In this document: positions 45,445-46,706 of the stretch, piece after piece
Layout of the letters: each line of letters begins with the position of its first letter
Position numbering within the stretch: the first letter of the stretch is position 1
NCBI GenBank assembly: GCA_003601695.1
Contig: PIYH01000002.1
Coordinates: 1 to 46,706, forward strand
DNA length: 46,706 nucleotides
Direction of reading: 5' to 3'
From: Candidatus Bathyarchaeota archaeon
GTDB taxonomy: Archaea; Thermoproteota; Bathyarchaeia; Bathyarchaeales; DTEX01
Translations under genes and position numbers: made by a program
The notes under the pieces: generated by a model
Told to the model about the DNA's origin: nothing
The model's input: the letters and a program-made list of their open reading frames with translations, nothing else
Database searches by the model: none

Positions 45445-46614
45445 TTGAGATTCAGGGAATACCTCATTAATGTAGCGTTAATTTTAATCGTAGCATTGGC
45501 TATGACAGGCTATGTGCTACATTTGCCTGAGGTTAAGTTTAAGAAGATAAATTTAAGGCTAAAATTCCAATATGACTACGTAGTTGAAGCATATAAGCCT
45601 AGATGGCTTTGTAGAGGAGACATTGGAACCTATCCTTCAAGCCACTTTATATCGGATATTCCATGGATAAGCTATAACAAATCGTATTGTGCAACCACAT
45701 GTCTGCAAATGATAGTCTATAAGTATGAAATTAGGGAGCAAGTTGAATACTTCAACTTCATAATGGGCTTCACGTACGGTGCATATCTTGGAACATTCAA
45801 TAATAGAGTGTATCTAATACCTGGAGGAGACCCGTTCGCAGGATACGTTAATGCATCTAAAATTCTGAACCTCAAATACAACCTACTAGTCACTGATGAT
45901 AGAGAATTATTCATCGATGCCTGCCGCCACCTTGTATCTAAGGATATCCCTGTAATACTGCCTGTTAACATGTCTAGACTATATCATCTAAAGTATTTTG
46001 CACCGCACTTTGAGCTGCTGGCTGGATTCGATGAAGATGACTTCTACATTTATGAGCCTGTTCAATCAAGGTGTATCTTCAAATTCGGCGAGAAAGGATA
46101 TCGATTTCCCGCAGATCTTGTAGTTAAGGCTGTTGAGGACATGTCAGCGGCATATAATTTGCCATGGAAGTATGCCATAATATACTTTATAAAGGGGGGA
46201 GAGCCTGCTAAAGATCTGAGGGGGCTCCTAACTCTTAATGGCAGATTGCAGATCGGACACAATTTTACAATGGATAGCTGCAGAATACATTTTGGCTCCT
46301 ACGCCTTTAAAATGCTGGCGGACTACATTAGTAAGGGCAATGTGAGAATCAACGATATTATCTGGTCTATAGGACTGGCATACATCTCTAGAGTAGATAA
46401 TGCAAGGTTTCTTAAGGAGAGATTTCCAGATGACAAGAGAGTATTAGAAGCGGCAGAATACCTCATCAAAGCAGCTGAGATATATAAGAGAATAATGTAT
46501 CTCGCAGGAGATGGCGTTTCGCCGGAGGATGAGAATGAGATCATATCACTCTTGAAGAAAGCCTCGGAATATGAGAAAGAGGCGGGAATATCGATGATAG
46601 AGGCTGGAAGCTAA
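45445..46614 (+). CDS. Membrane-anchored papain-fold (peptidase C39-like / BtrH_N-like) protein with helical C-terminal domain
   Basis: It has an N-terminal TM ('VALILIVALAMTGYVL') and a candidate nucleophile region 'NKSYCATTCLQMIVY'. The candidate His strand is 'APHFELLAGFDEDDFYIYEP', compare the 'H.vvl.Gyd.d.v.i.DP' pattern of C39-like domains. The call is by eye. Confidence 0.45.
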   Translation: MRFREYLINVALILIVALAMTGYVLHLPEVKFKKINLRLKFQYDYVVEAYKPRWLCRGDIGTYPSSHFISDIPWISYNKSYCATTCLQMIVYKYEIREQVEYFNFIMGFTYGAYLGTFNNRVYLIPGGDPFAGYVNASKILNLKYNLLVTDDRELFIDACRHLVSKDIPVILPVNMSRLYHLKYFAPHFELLAGFDEDDFYIYEPVQSRCIFKFGEKGYRFPADLVVKAVEDMSAAYNLPWKYAIIYFIKGGEPAKDLRGLLTLNGRLQIGHNFTMDSCRIHFGSYAFKMLADYISKGNVRINDIIWSIGLAYISRVDNARFLKERFPDDKRVLEAAEYLIKAAEIYKRIMYLAGDGVSPEDENEIISLLKKASEYEKEAGISMIEAGS

Positions 46615-46706
46615 AGAGAAAAATATGGAATCTAAGATGGATGAGGAAATATTGTTTTGAGCCGATTTCTTTCGTGACATTTAGATATGAAAGATTCGCA
46701 TGGTGA

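Noticed and set aside
1-46706. Search for CRISPR arrays, tRNA/rRNA genes, transposases, integrases and IS-type terminal repeats.
   Set aside because: I saw no regularly spaced direct repeats and no GC-rich cloverleaf-like or rRNA-like segments in the intergenic spacers. No ORF has recombinase or transposase motifs. The scan was done by eye only, so short or degenerate elements could be missed.

Overview
This 46.7 kb window is a densely coding chromosomal segment of an archaeon. tiaS, type II gap, pgk, ftr, prefoldin beta and gatCA mark it as archaeal. Together with a eukaryote-type topoisomerase IB and a TIP49/RuvB-like AAA+ protein, they suggest a TACK/Bathyarchaeia-like lineage; this is inference from gene content only. 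I support about 45 protein-coding features, mostly housekeeping and central metabolism. There are two ABC systems: a fully asymmetric importer and a small ABC-2 exporter. There are also two decayed genes: a gutted GH38 alpha-mannosidase relic and a frameshifted DUF47/PhoU-like gene. I found no rRNA, tRNA, CRISPR array, transposase or integrase, and I see no clear-cut defence or mobile island. The candidates most worth follow-up are: (1) a 722-aa transaldolase-fold protein with large unexplained extensions; (2) a CheY receiver paired with a GvpD/KaiC-like ATPase that has one degenerate domain; (3) an orphan 543-aa tripartite coiled-coil protein; (4) a membrane-anchored papain/C39-like protein divergent from an ABC-2 exporter; (5) identical nucleotide tracts between two tandem ABC ATPase paralogues. 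All family calls come from motif recognition by eye and need HMM or structure confirmation.
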